The notes beneath the pieces are model-generated. The model was not told the origin of the DNA and made no database searches. It saw nothing but the letters and a program-made list of their open reading frames with translations. The position numbers were made by a program, and so were the translations under genes. DNA of 64,000 bases from a bacterium (GTDB lineage Bacteria > Patescibacteriota > CPR2 > UBA1875 > JAJYID01): assembly GCA_030647205.1 (NCBI GenBank), contig JAUSJO010000008.1, positions 28,770 through 92,769 of the forward strand, given 5' to 3'. Below, piece by piece: positions 28,446-38,244 of this stretch. Position 1 is the stretch's first letter. Every line of letters starts with the position of its first letter.

Positions 28446-29549
28446 ATGAATAAAAAACTCAAAATTGCACTGTTTATAACAATCCCGATAATTATCTTAA
28501 TTTTAATAGGCCTATCTGTTTGGTTTTTCTGGCCAAAAAATAAGGTTACCGTTGAGGGCGTTCCTGAAGATGTAGTAAAGACTAAGCTTCAGTTTACTCA
28601 TGACATTTTTGACCCGACCAAAGTAAAGTTCGTGACACCGCTTGGTGAGCTAAACGGCGGATATGAGGAAGCGCAGACCATAAACGGTGTTTGCGTGAAT
28701 AACAAAACCGCCGAAGAGGTAGAAGTGTATGCGCCTGCTGATATGACGCTTGAGGATTACTCGTATTTTGTAGACCCTCGTCAAACACGCAAAGCAAACT
28801 GGCATCTCGGCTTTCGGATATCAAAAGACGTAAAGCTAAGCTTTGATCACATCACTTCGCCGATTGACAGTATTAGGGACGCCACTCCGCCCACACCGAC
28901 ATCGGGCTATGTACCGCCAAAGAAGAAACTGAATTTCAAGGCAGGGGAGCTGATAGCCAAGACATCAGGGACCGACCAGGCTCACAACTGGAACATTTAT
29001 TTGCGCGACACATTCACCAGTAATACTTTTGTAAATCAAGATAGATATGAAGCACTAAAGGATAGATATGACTACATAAACGCCACCTGCCCGTTTGACT
29101 ACTATGCGGACGCTAAAAAGCAGCTGTTCATCGCGCTGATGGGAGCAACCGCGCCTGGCCAGTCAAAAACTTGCGGTAATCCTTCCAAAGATGTAAAGGG
29201 GGCTATCTCGGGTATGTGGCATTTAACGAGAGACGGCGTCCAGGCAGATTATCAAGGCGAGTATGCCACGCCACTTAGTATTTACAAGGACTCTGCCGGC
29301 AAGATAGTGCTTTATGAGATAAACAAGAAACGTTCTCTCTTGGACAGCACAAACCCGACCTACAAAGATCCTGCGACTATTACAACATCTCATTGTTATG
29401 CGCTCACGGACTACGGTGAAGGTGAAAAACCAAAAGGGTATGCATACTTCAAGGTTGTGTCCGATATGGAAATGAAGCTTGCCTACAGCGGAACCGGCTC
29501 CTGCCCGACAACATTCCCGGAAGCCACCGCAAAGACTTACTATAGGTAG
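28446..29549 (+). CDS. membrane-anchored protein with degenerate M23/LytM-like fold
   Basis: N-terminal TM; VYAPADMTL, FDHI, FKAGELIA, CPFDYY. Confidence 0.55.
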   Translation: MNKKLKIALFITIPIIILILIGLSVWFFWPKNKVTVEGVPEDVVKTKLQFTHDIFDPTKVKFVTPLGELNGGYEEAQTINGVCVNNKTAEEVEVYAPADMTLEDYSYFVDPRQTRKANWHLGFRISKDVKLSFDHITSPIDSIRDATPPTPTSGYVPPKKKLNFKAGELIAKTSGTDQAHNWNIYLRDTFTSNTFVNQDRYEALKDRYDYINATCPFDYYADAKKQLFIALMGATAPGQSKTCGNPSKDVKGAISGMWHLTRDGVQADYQGEYATPLSIYKDSAGKIVLYEINKKRSLLDSTNPTYKDPATITTSHCYALTDYGEGEKPKGYAYFKVVSDMEMKLAYSGTGSCPTTFPEATAKTYYR

Positions 29550-29554
29550 CGAGT

Positions 29555-30247
29555 ATGAATTTGGAAGAACTAAAAAATGACCTGCGAAGCTTAGCCGACA
29601 AAAGTAGAATCCCTGACTATCAGAGATTCTTCAAGACCGGAAAAGGCGAGTACGGTGAGGGGGATATTTTTCTCGGCATTGTGGTCCCGAATATCAGGAA
29701 AGTAGCCAGGAAATATAAGGAACTAGATGTTGCCGATATTTCAAAACTCGTGAGTTCACAGGTTCATGAGGAGAGATTCTGTGCGCTTGTTATCATGACT
29801 TTACGATATCCAAAAGATAAAGACACTTTTTATAATTTATACCTTCAAAATTTGAAATACATAAACAACTGGGATTTGGTAGATGTTACGTGCCCTCGTA
29901 TTGTTGGCGACTATCTACTAGATAAACCCCGATATATTCTATACAAATTTGCAAAGTCACAGAACCTCTGGCAAAAGCGCATCGCCATCATCTCAACGTT
30001 TATGTTTATCAGAAATGATGACTTTGATGATACTTTAAATCTTTCAGAAATACTTTTGCACGATAAGCATGATCTCATCCACAAAGCGGTTGGTTGGAGC
30101 TTAAGGGAGGTAGGAAACAGGGCAAAGGTGGTAGAGGTGGATTTTCTGAAGAGACACTACAAAACCATGCCCAGAACGGCACTAAGGTATGCAATCGAAA
30201 AATTTCCGGAAGATGAGAGGAAGAAGTACCTAAAAGGAGATATATAG
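29555..30247 (+). CDS. DNA alkylation repair protein (AlkD-like)
   Basis: FFKTGKGEYGEGD.FLG, INNWDLVD, DLIHKAVGW.LRE, MPRTALRYAIEKF. Confidence 0.9.
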   Translation: MNLEELKNDLRSLADKSRIPDYQRFFKTGKGEYGEGDIFLGIVVPNIRKVARKYKELDVADISKLVSSQVHEERFCALVIMTLRYPKDKDTFYNLYLQNLKYINNWDLVDVTCPRIVGDYLLDKPRYILYKFAKSQNLWQKRIAIISTFMFIRNDDFDDTLNLSEILLHDKHDLIHKAVGWSLREVGNRAKVVEVDFLKRHYKTMPRTALRYAIEKFPEDERKKYLKGDI

Positions 30248-30395
30248 TTATTTTTGGCAGTACTATAGGCTGATTGGCGAACTTAAATTATATTGACAAT
30301 AGGAAATGTTTATGTTATTATATGGAAATACTTATTTCAAAAAAGAGATAAGAGAATCTTTATAAAAATCTAAAAAACCTTTGGAGGTGAGGCGG

Positions 30396-31196
30396 ATGCC
30401 TTCTCATTTTGAGAAAGCAGACCGAGGACTCAAGGCAAGCGGGGACGAGACTTTGTCAGAAAAGATGTTTTCCGCGATACTGGTACTGGCAATCGTCTAC
30501 CTTTTCTTCCCTGAAGCGATGCCCTTTAAGTTCTTCGAACTGTGGGGTATCAGAGGAAATGACGGTCCCATTGACTGGGTCCTGTCATCGTGGCCCATAC
30601 TTATTTGGGCTATAGCCGCTACCTCTTATTGTTTCCTGACCAGAAATCGTCAGGATGTCAACGACAGGGCTGAGGAGATGCTTGCAAAAGGCACACTAGT
30701 GAGTCTGTTTGCAGGCGTGGTGGAAGAAGTATGTTTCCGCTGGATACTGTTTCTGAGCTGTATCGTGGGAGCCATGGTAGGTAATTTTCTCTTCTTTGGC
30801 TTCCTGGGCTTCGGTATCGTTGAAGCAGTCCAGGTCCATATTTTGGGACCGATTGCTGACTTTTTCACCTTCGGTCACCTGAGTATATACTTGGGGAGTC
30901 CCACAAACTGGGCGATCGGAGCGGCGATCCTGTCAGCGAATGCGTTTTTCAGGAATGGCCACAAGTACCTTGGACCTCTGGGTTTCGTGAATAGCTGGTT
31001 TATTGGCATGTTCATGTTTATCCTGCTCTTTAGGTACGGACTGCTTGCCTGTATCCTGGTGCATTTCCTGTACGACTTCCTGATTTTCTCCATTCTCTAT
31101 ATTGATCGTGTTATTGAGAGAAGGTTCGGACTGGGCCTCCCGTCCAAGAGAACCGCTCCGGTCAGCTGGCTGGAAGACTTGATGGAAGAGGAGTAA
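30396..31196 (+). CDS. CPBP (CAAX/Abi) family intramembrane protease-like protein
   Basis: EEVCFR, F..GH.Y, HFLYD; own TTGACA promoter and terminator at 31218-31248. Confidence 0.75.
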   Translation: MPSHFEKADRGLKASGDETLSEKMFSAILVLAIVYLFFPEAMPFKFFELWGIRGNDGPIDWVLSSWPILIWAIAATSYCFLTRNRQDVNDRAEEMLAKGTLVSLFAGVVEEVCFRWILFLSCIVGAMVGNFLFFGFLGFGIVEAVQVHILGPIADFFTFGHLSIYLGSPTNWAIGAAILSANAFFRNGHKYLGPLGFVNSWFIGMFMFILLFRYGLLACILVHFLYDFLIFSILYIDRVIERRFGLGLPSKRTAPVSWLEDLMEEE

Positions 31197-31358
31197 GGTT
31201 ATTAGATTAGTGTAAAGAAAGGGGCTGCATGTTTTGCGGCCCCTTTTTCAATTGAATTTTTACTTTAAATAAAGTATAGTTACTCAAAGAGGGGGTTTCC
31301 CTCATTTTTATTTGAGAGTACCTTGGACAATGTTGACTACTTCCGAGAGAGGAGAGTT

Positions 31359-31694
31359 ATGAGCAGACATTCTCATGTAGAAAAAGGATGGGGAATAGCA
31401 GTATCGTACTACTGTGATGGCTGCGGTCATGAAATCGAGTCTGATAATGGGTATGGTTTCGAATGGCCAGCCATAAAGGTTGAAGGATCGTATTTCTGCT
31501 ATGGCTGCTTAAAAACTGCTCTCAAACTTGGTGCTATTGTCGCCAGAGATGAAGAGCACAAGGAAACGATACTCAAAGGGCAGCGTCTGGAGGATTGGGA
31601 TGAGGGCAACCGGATTATGACCGAAAAGGATGGAGAAAGACCATTTTACTTTGCAGACGGTGTGAAAGATCATTTACTACAAACTATCAGTTGA
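31359..31694 (+). CDS. putative zinc-finger protein
   Basis: GAGGAG RBS; CDGC...CYGC. Confidence 0.6.
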   Translation: MSRHSHVEKGWGIAVSYYCDGCGHEIESDNGYGFEWPAIKVEGSYFCYGCLKTALKLGAIVARDEEHKETILKGQRLEDWDEGNRIMTEKDGERPFYFADGVKDHLLQTIS

Positions 31695-31706
31695 AAGGGG
31701 ATGATA

Positions 31707-31859
31707 ATGTCAACCAGATGCGAATGCACACACCCGATTCCCGAAGGACGTGGCTACTGTTTCAGGTGCGGTTACCCAATGGGGGTAGAAGCTTCCAAAA
31801 GGGCCAAAGCTGACAGAGCGGCGAAGGAAGCAGAAGAGGAAAGCCAAAAGGCCGGTTAA
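31707..31859 (+). CDS. 50-aa zinc-ribbon microprotein (not in ORF track)
   Basis: AAGGGG RBS; MSTRCECTHPIPEGRGYCFRCGYPMG...; terminator at 31891-31926. Confidence 0.6.
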   Translation: MSTRCECTHPIPEGRGYCFRCGYPMGVEASKRAKADRAAKEAEEESQKAG

Positions 31860-31950
31860 ACGGTAAGAACAAGGAAGAATGTCAATTTGCAAAGCCCCAG
31901 GTCGAAAGACCCGGGGCTTTTCTTTTTGGGCAAATAACTATTCTCCGGAA

Positions 31951-31993
31951 AAGTAGTATCTCAGCTGTCCTTTTTCTTTACGCATGCTATAAT
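31951..31993 (+). repeat. promoter-containing direct repeat, copy 1 (copy 2 at 32848-32891)
   Basis: first 28 nt are 24/28 identical; both copies end in TGCTA(T/A)AAT. Confidence 0.65.
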
Positions 31994-32016
31994 TAGCCTA
32001 TTAAGAAGGATTTTTT

Positions 32017-32853
32017 ATGTATTCACCTGATAATTTTTTAAATCTGTTCCAAGGAAAAGATTATAGTACAGAAGAAGAACTAGAAAATGACTTTAAGGGC
32101 AAGATAACAGGCTTGTTTAATATCTCTAGCCAACGTTTGAAATCTCAACATCTGACAACTTCATTCGACAAAAGGCTTAGCAATAAAAGTGATGTTATTA
32201 TTTGGGGAGAAGATGACCCAGATCTAGCGCTTGTCATTTTTGAACTTAAAATTGAAAAATCAATCAGACAGTTTAAAAAAGGGAGTTATGAGGATGCAAA
32301 GAAGCAACTTCACTTATATTGCCAAGACATGAGAGCCGCTTATGGTGTCCTTTTGTCTGAAAAGAAATGCTGGATATTTAGATATGACTACAGGGGATCA
32401 AAAACAAGTCATACCGAAGTGAAAATATTACCATTATTAAACCAGATTGAAAATGAGATGACCGCAAGTGTTTCAGAAGAAGTGGATCTTAGAAGAATGG
32501 CAAAGAGGAAAGATGGTATAGAGAAGGGTCTTCTTGAAAAAAGTGCTCAAATAAGGCTAGAAACAAACAGTAGACTCGGCAAAGAAAGAGAAAGACACAA
32601 AAAGTTACTTAAATTTTATACATTTATGGCGATGGGTGCTGTCGTAATATTTTTCATAGTAGGAGGTTATTTCTATAAAGGTGCAGCTTGCGATATTAAA
32701 GGTAATACTTCTCAAAATGGTGACAAGATATATCATACAAAAGAAAGCCCCTCTTATTCCAAAGTTAAGATTGACCCAAAATATGGCGAAAAAATGTTTT
32801 GTTCTGAGAAAGAGGCTGTTAACGCTGGTTTTAGAAAATGGCAAAGCAAGTAG
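32017..32853 (+). CDS. HsdR-N-like PD-(D/E)XK nuclease + TM helix + C-terminal CxIKGN ('sunset'/Ada-like) domain
   Basis: SD...FELK...QL..Y; TM near aa 200-220; CDIKGN....KIYH...Y....GEKMFCSEKEA..AGFR. Confidence 0.65.
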   Translation: MYSPDNFLNLFQGKDYSTEEELENDFKGKITGLFNISSQRLKSQHLTTSFDKRLSNKSDVIIWGEDDPDLALVIFELKIEKSIRQFKKGSYEDAKKQLHLYCQDMRAAYGVLLSEKKCWIFRYDYRGSKTSHTEVKILPLLNQIENEMTASVSEEVDLRRMAKRKDGIEKGLLEKSAQIRLETNSRLGKERERHKKLLKFYTFMAMGAVVIFFIVGGYFYKGAACDIKGNTSQNGDKIYHTKESPSYSKVKIDPKYGEKMFCSEKEAVNAGFRKWQSK

Positions 32854-32900
32854 CAGCTCATCTGTCTTTTTTCTTACCCTTGTGCTAAAATAAGGGCATT

Positions 32901-35000
32901 ATGGACGCAAACAAGTCAGACATTAAAGATTTTATATATACCCCGGGTAGGTTTTTTAAAATTCCTGATTTCCAAAGACCGTATTCTTGGGATAAGGTGA
33001 ATGTCTTAAACTTCCTAGAAGACTTGAAGCAAGCAGTCAAGACAAACCAGAAGCATTTTTTCGGTAGTGTAGTATACGTGAACGAAGGGGACGAAAATAG
33101 CACGATTATAGATGGTCAGCAAAGAGTGACAACAGTCGTTTTAATGCTTACTGCAATTTACCATATTTTATTGGATAATCCCGAAAAAAGCACGATGCAT
33201 TCAGATGAGATCCTTGAAAACTATCTTTTTAACAAAAAAGATTATTATAAAGAGAAAAACCGGATCAAACTAAGAACTGTTACTACTGACGATGAAATCT
33301 ATAAACAAATATTTGAACGGGCCAACATTAGTAGTAACTGCAGGGAAAGTAAACTCTATAGATCATATGAAATATTTTACGAGCACTTTAAGGGCCAACA
33401 AAGTTTGGAAGATTATGTCAAAGGCCTTGCTTGCTTCCAAATAGTAAAGATTTTTCTGGACTCTACCGATGACAATCCACAGAAAGTTTTTGAAAGCATC
33501 AACTCAACCGGGAAGCCCCTAACCGATGGTGACAAGATCCGAAACTTTGCGTTGATGCTCAACAATAGCGAGGCCAGAGAAATGGTGTTGAACAAATATT
33601 GGAAACTCATAGAGTCTGAGCTAACCGAAATAAATAAGGATTATATCTCAGATTTCTTTAAATACCTATTAACGGCAAAACTACAAAGAGACGTAAAAAT
33701 TGATCAGGTTTATCCAGAGTTTAAAAAACTGTTTTATTCAAAAATCGATGACCGTCAAGACGATAAAGATAAACTGGAAGAATTCTACGGTGATATTCTT
33801 AATAACTTAGATTATTATAGCTTCTTAAAATTCAATAAAGACGAGGATAACGACTATAAACTAGTTAGTGATAAAGGGTTCAGGCTCAACTACCTTAAAG
33901 TAGAAACTCATTTCCCGTTTTTGATGAGCGTACTTGCGGAATATAAATCAAAAAAGATCGATGATGAAACACTGGTTAGAATTTTTGATATTCTGGAAAG
34001 TTTTCTTGCCAGGAGAATCATTTGTAATATTTACTCAACTGGTTTAAATAAGTTTTTTGCCGTTTTGCACAGAGAGATTGCCACCTATCAATCAGAATAT
34101 CCTGGTAGCAACTATGCAGATGTTTTTGCGTATATTTTGGCTAACAAAACTGGTGATTTAAGGTTCCCAAAGCATCTCGAGATAGAGGACAACTTAGAAA
34201 ACAACGAATTTTATACACAAAAAGGCATATATGTTAGATATATCCTAAGTTCAGTTGATGACAGTTCAAAGGAATCAAAGATTTTGAGACAAATCTCGGA
34301 AGGAACTCTGCCTCTCACGATTGAGCATATAATGCCGCAGACACTTAACAACGCTTGGAAAAAAGAGTTGGGACCAACCTATGATCAGATACATGATAAG
34401 TATTTGCATACTTTGCCAAACCTTACTTTGACGGGATATAACTCAAAATATTCCAACAACTCATTTAAAGACAAGAAGACAATTGAAAATGGTTTTATGG
34501 ATAGCCCACTAGTTATAAACCAGTTCATTAAAAAACTCGATATTTGGGATCTAAAGGCACTACAAAAAAGAACAAAGTGGTGGCTCAAGCAGATTGATAA
34601 GGTTTGGCCAGTCCCAGAAACCAAGTTCGCTCCAAAGATTCAAGAGACAGAAATAATTTTTGCCGAGGATGATCTCATGGGAGCAAAGATTAAAGCGATA
34701 AAGATTTTTGGGGAAACATATGACTGCAAAAACTGGATAGCTGCATACAAGTTAATACTAGAAAAGTTATTCGAAAACGAGCCAGAAATCTTCAACTGTG
34801 TTGTCTCGGACGAGTTTTTACCTAGATATATAAAAACTACAGAAGATGATTTACTAGAACCGAGGGAAATTACTGGAACACCATACTATTTTGAGGCTAG
34901 TTTAAATAATAACTACAAAAGAGATGTAGTCGCTGCATTGCTAGAATATGCAGAGATTAGTCCATCGGAAATAACGGTACTGTTGGATGAGAAAGCTTAA
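32901..35000 (+). CDS. GmrSD-type restriction endonuclease (DUF262 + DUF1524 HNH) with extra C-terminal domain
   Basis: IPDFQRPYSW, IIDGQQR, FESINSTG, TIEHIMPQ, LPNLTL...N. Confidence 0.9.
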   Translation: MDANKSDIKDFIYTPGRFFKIPDFQRPYSWDKVNVLNFLEDLKQAVKTNQKHFFGSVVYVNEGDENSTIIDGQQRVTTVVLMLTAIYHILLDNPEKSTMHSDEILENYLFNKKDYYKEKNRIKLRTVTTDDEIYKQIFERANISSNCRESKLYRSYEIFYEHFKGQQSLEDYVKGLACFQIVKIFLDSTDDNPQKVFESINSTGKPLTDGDKIRNFALMLNNSEAREMVLNKYWKLIESELTEINKDYISDFFKYLLTAKLQRDVKIDQVYPEFKKLFYSKIDDRQDDKDKLEEFYGDILNNLDYYSFLKFNKDEDNDYKLVSDKGFRLNYLKVETHFPFLMSVLAEYKSKKIDDETLVRIFDILESFLARRIICNIYSTGLNKFFAVLHREIATYQSEYPGSNYADVFAYILANKTGDLRFPKHLEIEDNLENNEFYTQKGIYVRYILSSVDDSSKESKILRQISEGTLPLTIEHIMPQTLNNAWKKELGPTYDQIHDKYLHTLPNLTLTGYNSKYSNNSFKDKKTIENGFMDSPLVINQFIKKLDIWDLKALQKRTKWWLKQIDKVWPVPETKFAPKIQETEIIFAEDDLMGAKIKAIKIFGETYDCKNWIAAYKLILEKLFENEPEIFNCVVSDEFLPRYIKTTEDDLLEPREITGTPYYFEASLNNNYKRDVVAALLEYAEISPSEITVLLDEKA

Positions 35001-35011
35001 TAAATAAAACT

Positions 35012-35734
35012 ATGGCAAGAAAACTATACGATCCGAAATCAAAAGAACAGTTTAAAATCAGCCGTACAGGTATAGAGAACTATATCCGTTGTCCGAGGTG
35101 TTTTTATATGAACCAGCGTCTTGGTATAGGTCAGCCGGGCGGATATCCTTTCACTTTAAACTCCGCCGTAGATCATCTTTTGAAAAAGGAGTTCGACATT
35201 CACAGAGCTGGCGCTACCACGCATCCTTTGATGAAACATTATGGTATAGATGCGGTTCCCTTCCAACATGAAGATATGGACAAGTGGCGTCACAACTTCA
35301 CTGGAGTCCAATATATACATAAATCAACAGGATTTTTGATATATGGCGCCGTTGATGATGTCTGGGTGGATCCAAACGGCCAGATCATGGTAGTTGACTA
35401 CAAAGCAACCTCAAAGGATGGGGAAGTAAATCTCGATGCCGAGTGGCAGGACGGGTACAAAAGACAAATGGAAATATATCAGTGGCTTCTCAGGCAAAAC
35501 GGATTCAAAGTTTCGGATACAGGATATTTTGTATATGCTAATGGGCAGAAAGACAGAAAAGCATTTGATGCAAAGCTAGAGTTTGATATCAAAATAATCC
35601 CTTATACGGGAAGTGACGGATGGGTTGAAAAAGCTATAATGGACGCAAAAAAATGTCTAGACTCTGGAGATATCCCTGACTACACTGAGGGTTGTGACTT
35701 CTGTAAGTATCAAAAAGCACTCAAACAACTTTAG
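35012..35734 (+). CDS. PD-(D/E)XK nuclease (RecB/AddB-like)
   Basis: CPRCFY, GAVDD, VVDYKAT, QMEIY, CDFC. Confidence 0.85.
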   Translation: MARKLYDPKSKEQFKISRTGIENYIRCPRCFYMNQRLGIGQPGGYPFTLNSAVDHLLKKEFDIHRAGATTHPLMKHYGIDAVPFQHEDMDKWRHNFTGVQYIHKSTGFLIYGAVDDVWVDPNGQIMVVDYKATSKDGEVNLDAEWQDGYKRQMEIYQWLLRQNGFKVSDTGYFVYANGQKDRKAFDAKLEFDIKIIPYTGSDGWVEKAIMDAKKCLDSGDIPDYTEGCDFCKYQKALKQL

Positions 35735-35828
35735 AAATTCCTTAGAATAAGGTATTTATTAACTGCTTTGTACACTGGATTTTCCTTCCAAAGAAGAGTA
35801 AAATATAAGCACTAAATGAGGGAATTTT

Positions 35829-37385
35829 ATGACCGAGGAGCAGAAAAAACAGCTTCAGACTCAACTTTGGAATATCGCCAACGAACTCCGAGGCAAAATG
35901 AATGCCGATGAGTTTCGTGACTATATTCTTGGCTTTATTTTCTATAAGTATCTTTCAGAAAAAATGCATCTTTATGCCAACGAAGTTCTTGAAGCAGACA
36001 AGATAGATTACACCGATATCAAAGAGAACACAGAAGATGGCAAAAAAATTATTGAAGTTATAAAAAAAGAATCCATAGATAAGCTTGGCTATTTTCTCAA
36101 ACCCTCAGAACTTTTTCATTCTCTGGTGGAGAGAGACGCGAACTCAAATGACATCATCGAAGATCTAGAGAGAATCCTTGGCAATATAGAAAGAAGTACT
36201 ATGGGGACTGACAGCGAGGACGATTTTGATAAACTTTTCTCAGAGCTAGACCTAAACAACTCAAAACTTGGTAGATCTGTTCATGATCGAAGTCAGCTTA
36301 TAGGGAAAGTTCTTTCTCATCTTGATAAGATAAATTTCTTTTTGGAAGATTCAAGGATAGATGTCCTTGGGGATGCTTATGAATATCTAATTGGTCAGTT
36401 TGCCAGTGGCGCCGGGAAGAAAGCAGGGGAATTCTATACTCCTCAAGAAGTTTCAGAAGTTCTAGCAAAACTTGTAACTTCGGGGAAAAAACATTTGAAA
36501 AGTGTTTACGATCCAACTTGCGGTTCTGGCTCATTGCTTTTGAGAGTTGCCAGATATGTCGACGATGTTGGCTTTTTCTATGGACAAGAAATGAACCACA
36601 CTACATACAACCTTGCTCGTATGAACATGATTCTTCACGATGTTCGTTATGACAGATTCAATATCAGGCAGGAAGACACTCTGGAGCATCCACAACATTT
36701 AGAAGAACGATTTGAAGCAATTGTTGCCAACCCACCATTTGGCGCCGAATGGTCAGCTCATCAGACATTTTTGAATGATGATCGCTTTAGCCAGTATGGC
36801 AGACTAGCGCCAAAGAAGAAGGCCGACTATGCCTTTATAGAACACATGATTTATCAGCTGGATGATAATGGAACCATGGCAACCGTTATGCCTCATGGCG
36901 TGCTTTTCCGTGGTGCTGCAGAGGGACACATTCGCGAGCATCTCATCAAAGAAAAGAATTATCTAGATGCTGTTATCGGACTTCCTGCAAATCTCTTTTA
37001 CGGCACGAGTATTTCTGCTTGTCTCCTAGTTTTTCAAAAATGCCGTAAGAACTCTGATAATGTTCTCTTTATAGATGCAAGCAAACATTTTGTAAAAGGC
37101 AAGAACCAAAACAAACTTCAGGCCGAAGACATAGAAAAGATTATCAAAACTTATCGAGAAAGAAAAGTAGAGGATAAATACAGTTATGTGGCAAGTCTCA
37201 AGGAAATAGCCGAAAATGACTACAACCTGAACATTCCTATTTACGTAGACACTTTTGAAGAGGAAGAGTTGATAGATCTCGCAGAAGTTACTCAAGAAAT
37301 AAAAAAGATTGATAAAGAGATGGTGGGTGTTGATAAAAAGATAGCAGAATATTGTAAGGAGATCGGCATCAATCCGCCGTTTTAA
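35829..37385 (+). CDS. hsdM: type I R-M methyltransferase subunit
   Basis: LWNIANELRG, GEFYTP, YDPTCGSGSLL, ANPPF, PHGVLFRG. Confidence 0.96.
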   Translation: MTEEQKKQLQTQLWNIANELRGKMNADEFRDYILGFIFYKYLSEKMHLYANEVLEADKIDYTDIKENTEDGKKIIEVIKKESIDKLGYFLKPSELFHSLVERDANSNDIIEDLERILGNIERSTMGTDSEDDFDKLFSELDLNNSKLGRSVHDRSQLIGKVLSHLDKINFFLEDSRIDVLGDAYEYLIGQFASGAGKKAGEFYTPQEVSEVLAKLVTSGKKHLKSVYDPTCGSGSLLLRVARYVDDVGFFYGQEMNHTTYNLARMNMILHDVRYDRFNIRQEDTLEHPQHLEERFEAIVANPPFGAEWSAHQTFLNDDRFSQYGRLAPKKKADYAFIEHMIYQLDDNGTMATVMPHGVLFRGAAEGHIREHLIKEKNYLDAVIGLPANLFYGTSISACLLVFQKCRKNSDNVLFIDASKHFVKGKNQNKLQAEDIEKIIKTYRERKVEDKYSYVASLKEIAENDYNLNIPIYVDTFEEEELIDLAEVTQEIKKIDKEMVGVDKKIAEYCKEIGINPPF

Positions 37386-37389
37386 TTTT

Positions 37390-38244
37390 ATGCTTTCTGA
37401 AGATGAAATAGTTAAAGAGATGATAAAGGCGAACGCGACGGAAGCGTATAGGGACGCCGCTCAACCAGCGGTTAGAGTAGTCGGGCAGTCAATAGCGCAA
37501 TGTGTGTCATTATTTGTAACACCCATCGGCAGGATGGCGGCGATTTTAGAAAAAAATCTTCACCTTTATTTAGATAAACTTGATAGATATAAAGAGAAAG
37601 AACTTATATCTCCAGATGTTAGAATTCTAGTGCCGATACTGGAAAAGTTGAGGTATACGGAAGACATTGTAGTGGCAGAATATTACGCAGAGATACTAGC
37701 AAAGGCATCTACCAAGGAAAATTCAAAAAGGGTGCTGATCTCATTTATCGAAATTTTAAATAGATTAAGCTCTGACGAGATCAAAATATTAGAGTATATA
37801 AACTCTAACGATAATATTGTTGATTTTGAACCAATAACTGAAGAGGAGAGCGGACAACTGAACTTACCTGCTGGTTTTTGCAAAGCTGTTATTAAGGGTG
37901 CGGTTCCCGTTATTGATATTAAAATTGTTCAAAGTGGCACTACAGGTTTTTCGATTGCCGGCAGAAACTGCAATTTATTGCCCGATCTAATTAATCTTTC
38001 TGGGCCAAGGAATATTGATTCATATGTAGACAATATGATCTCACTCGGTCTCCTGGAGCGACCACATGACAGATCTTTCGCAAACAAGAAAATTTATTCA
38101 AAGCTTGAAAATGACCCAAATGTTATAGAGTTACAAAAGGGCTTAGCGAAAAGCCAAAGGATTGAGTTTGATAGGGCACAATTGGCAATAACTAGTTTAG
38201 GCGTAAAACTTTTAGAACTTTGCTCAACAGGGGTTAAGCCATGA
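37390..38244 (+). CDS. DUF4393/Abi-alpha-like protein
   Basis: ILVPILEKLRY, YAEILAKA, FIEILNRLSSDEIKIL, DNMISLGLL, TSLG..L...C. Confidence 0.7.
   Translation: MLSEDEIVKEMIKANATEAYRDAAQPAVRVVGQSIAQCVSLFVTPIGRMAAILEKNLHLYLDKLDRYKEKELISPDVRILVPILEKLRYTEDIVVAEYYAEILAKASTKENSKRVLISFIEILNRLSSDEIKILEYINSNDNIVDFEPITEEESGQLNLPAGFCKAVIKGAVPVIDIKIVQSGTTGFSIAGRNCNLLPDLINLSGPRNIDSYVDNMISLGLLERPHDRSFANKKIYSKLENDPNVIELQKGLAKSQRIEFDRAQLAITSLGVKLLELCSTGVKP

Noticed and set aside
35012-35734. cas4 call
   Set aside because: Generic PD-(D/E)XK nuclease with no cas1/cas2 or array nearby.
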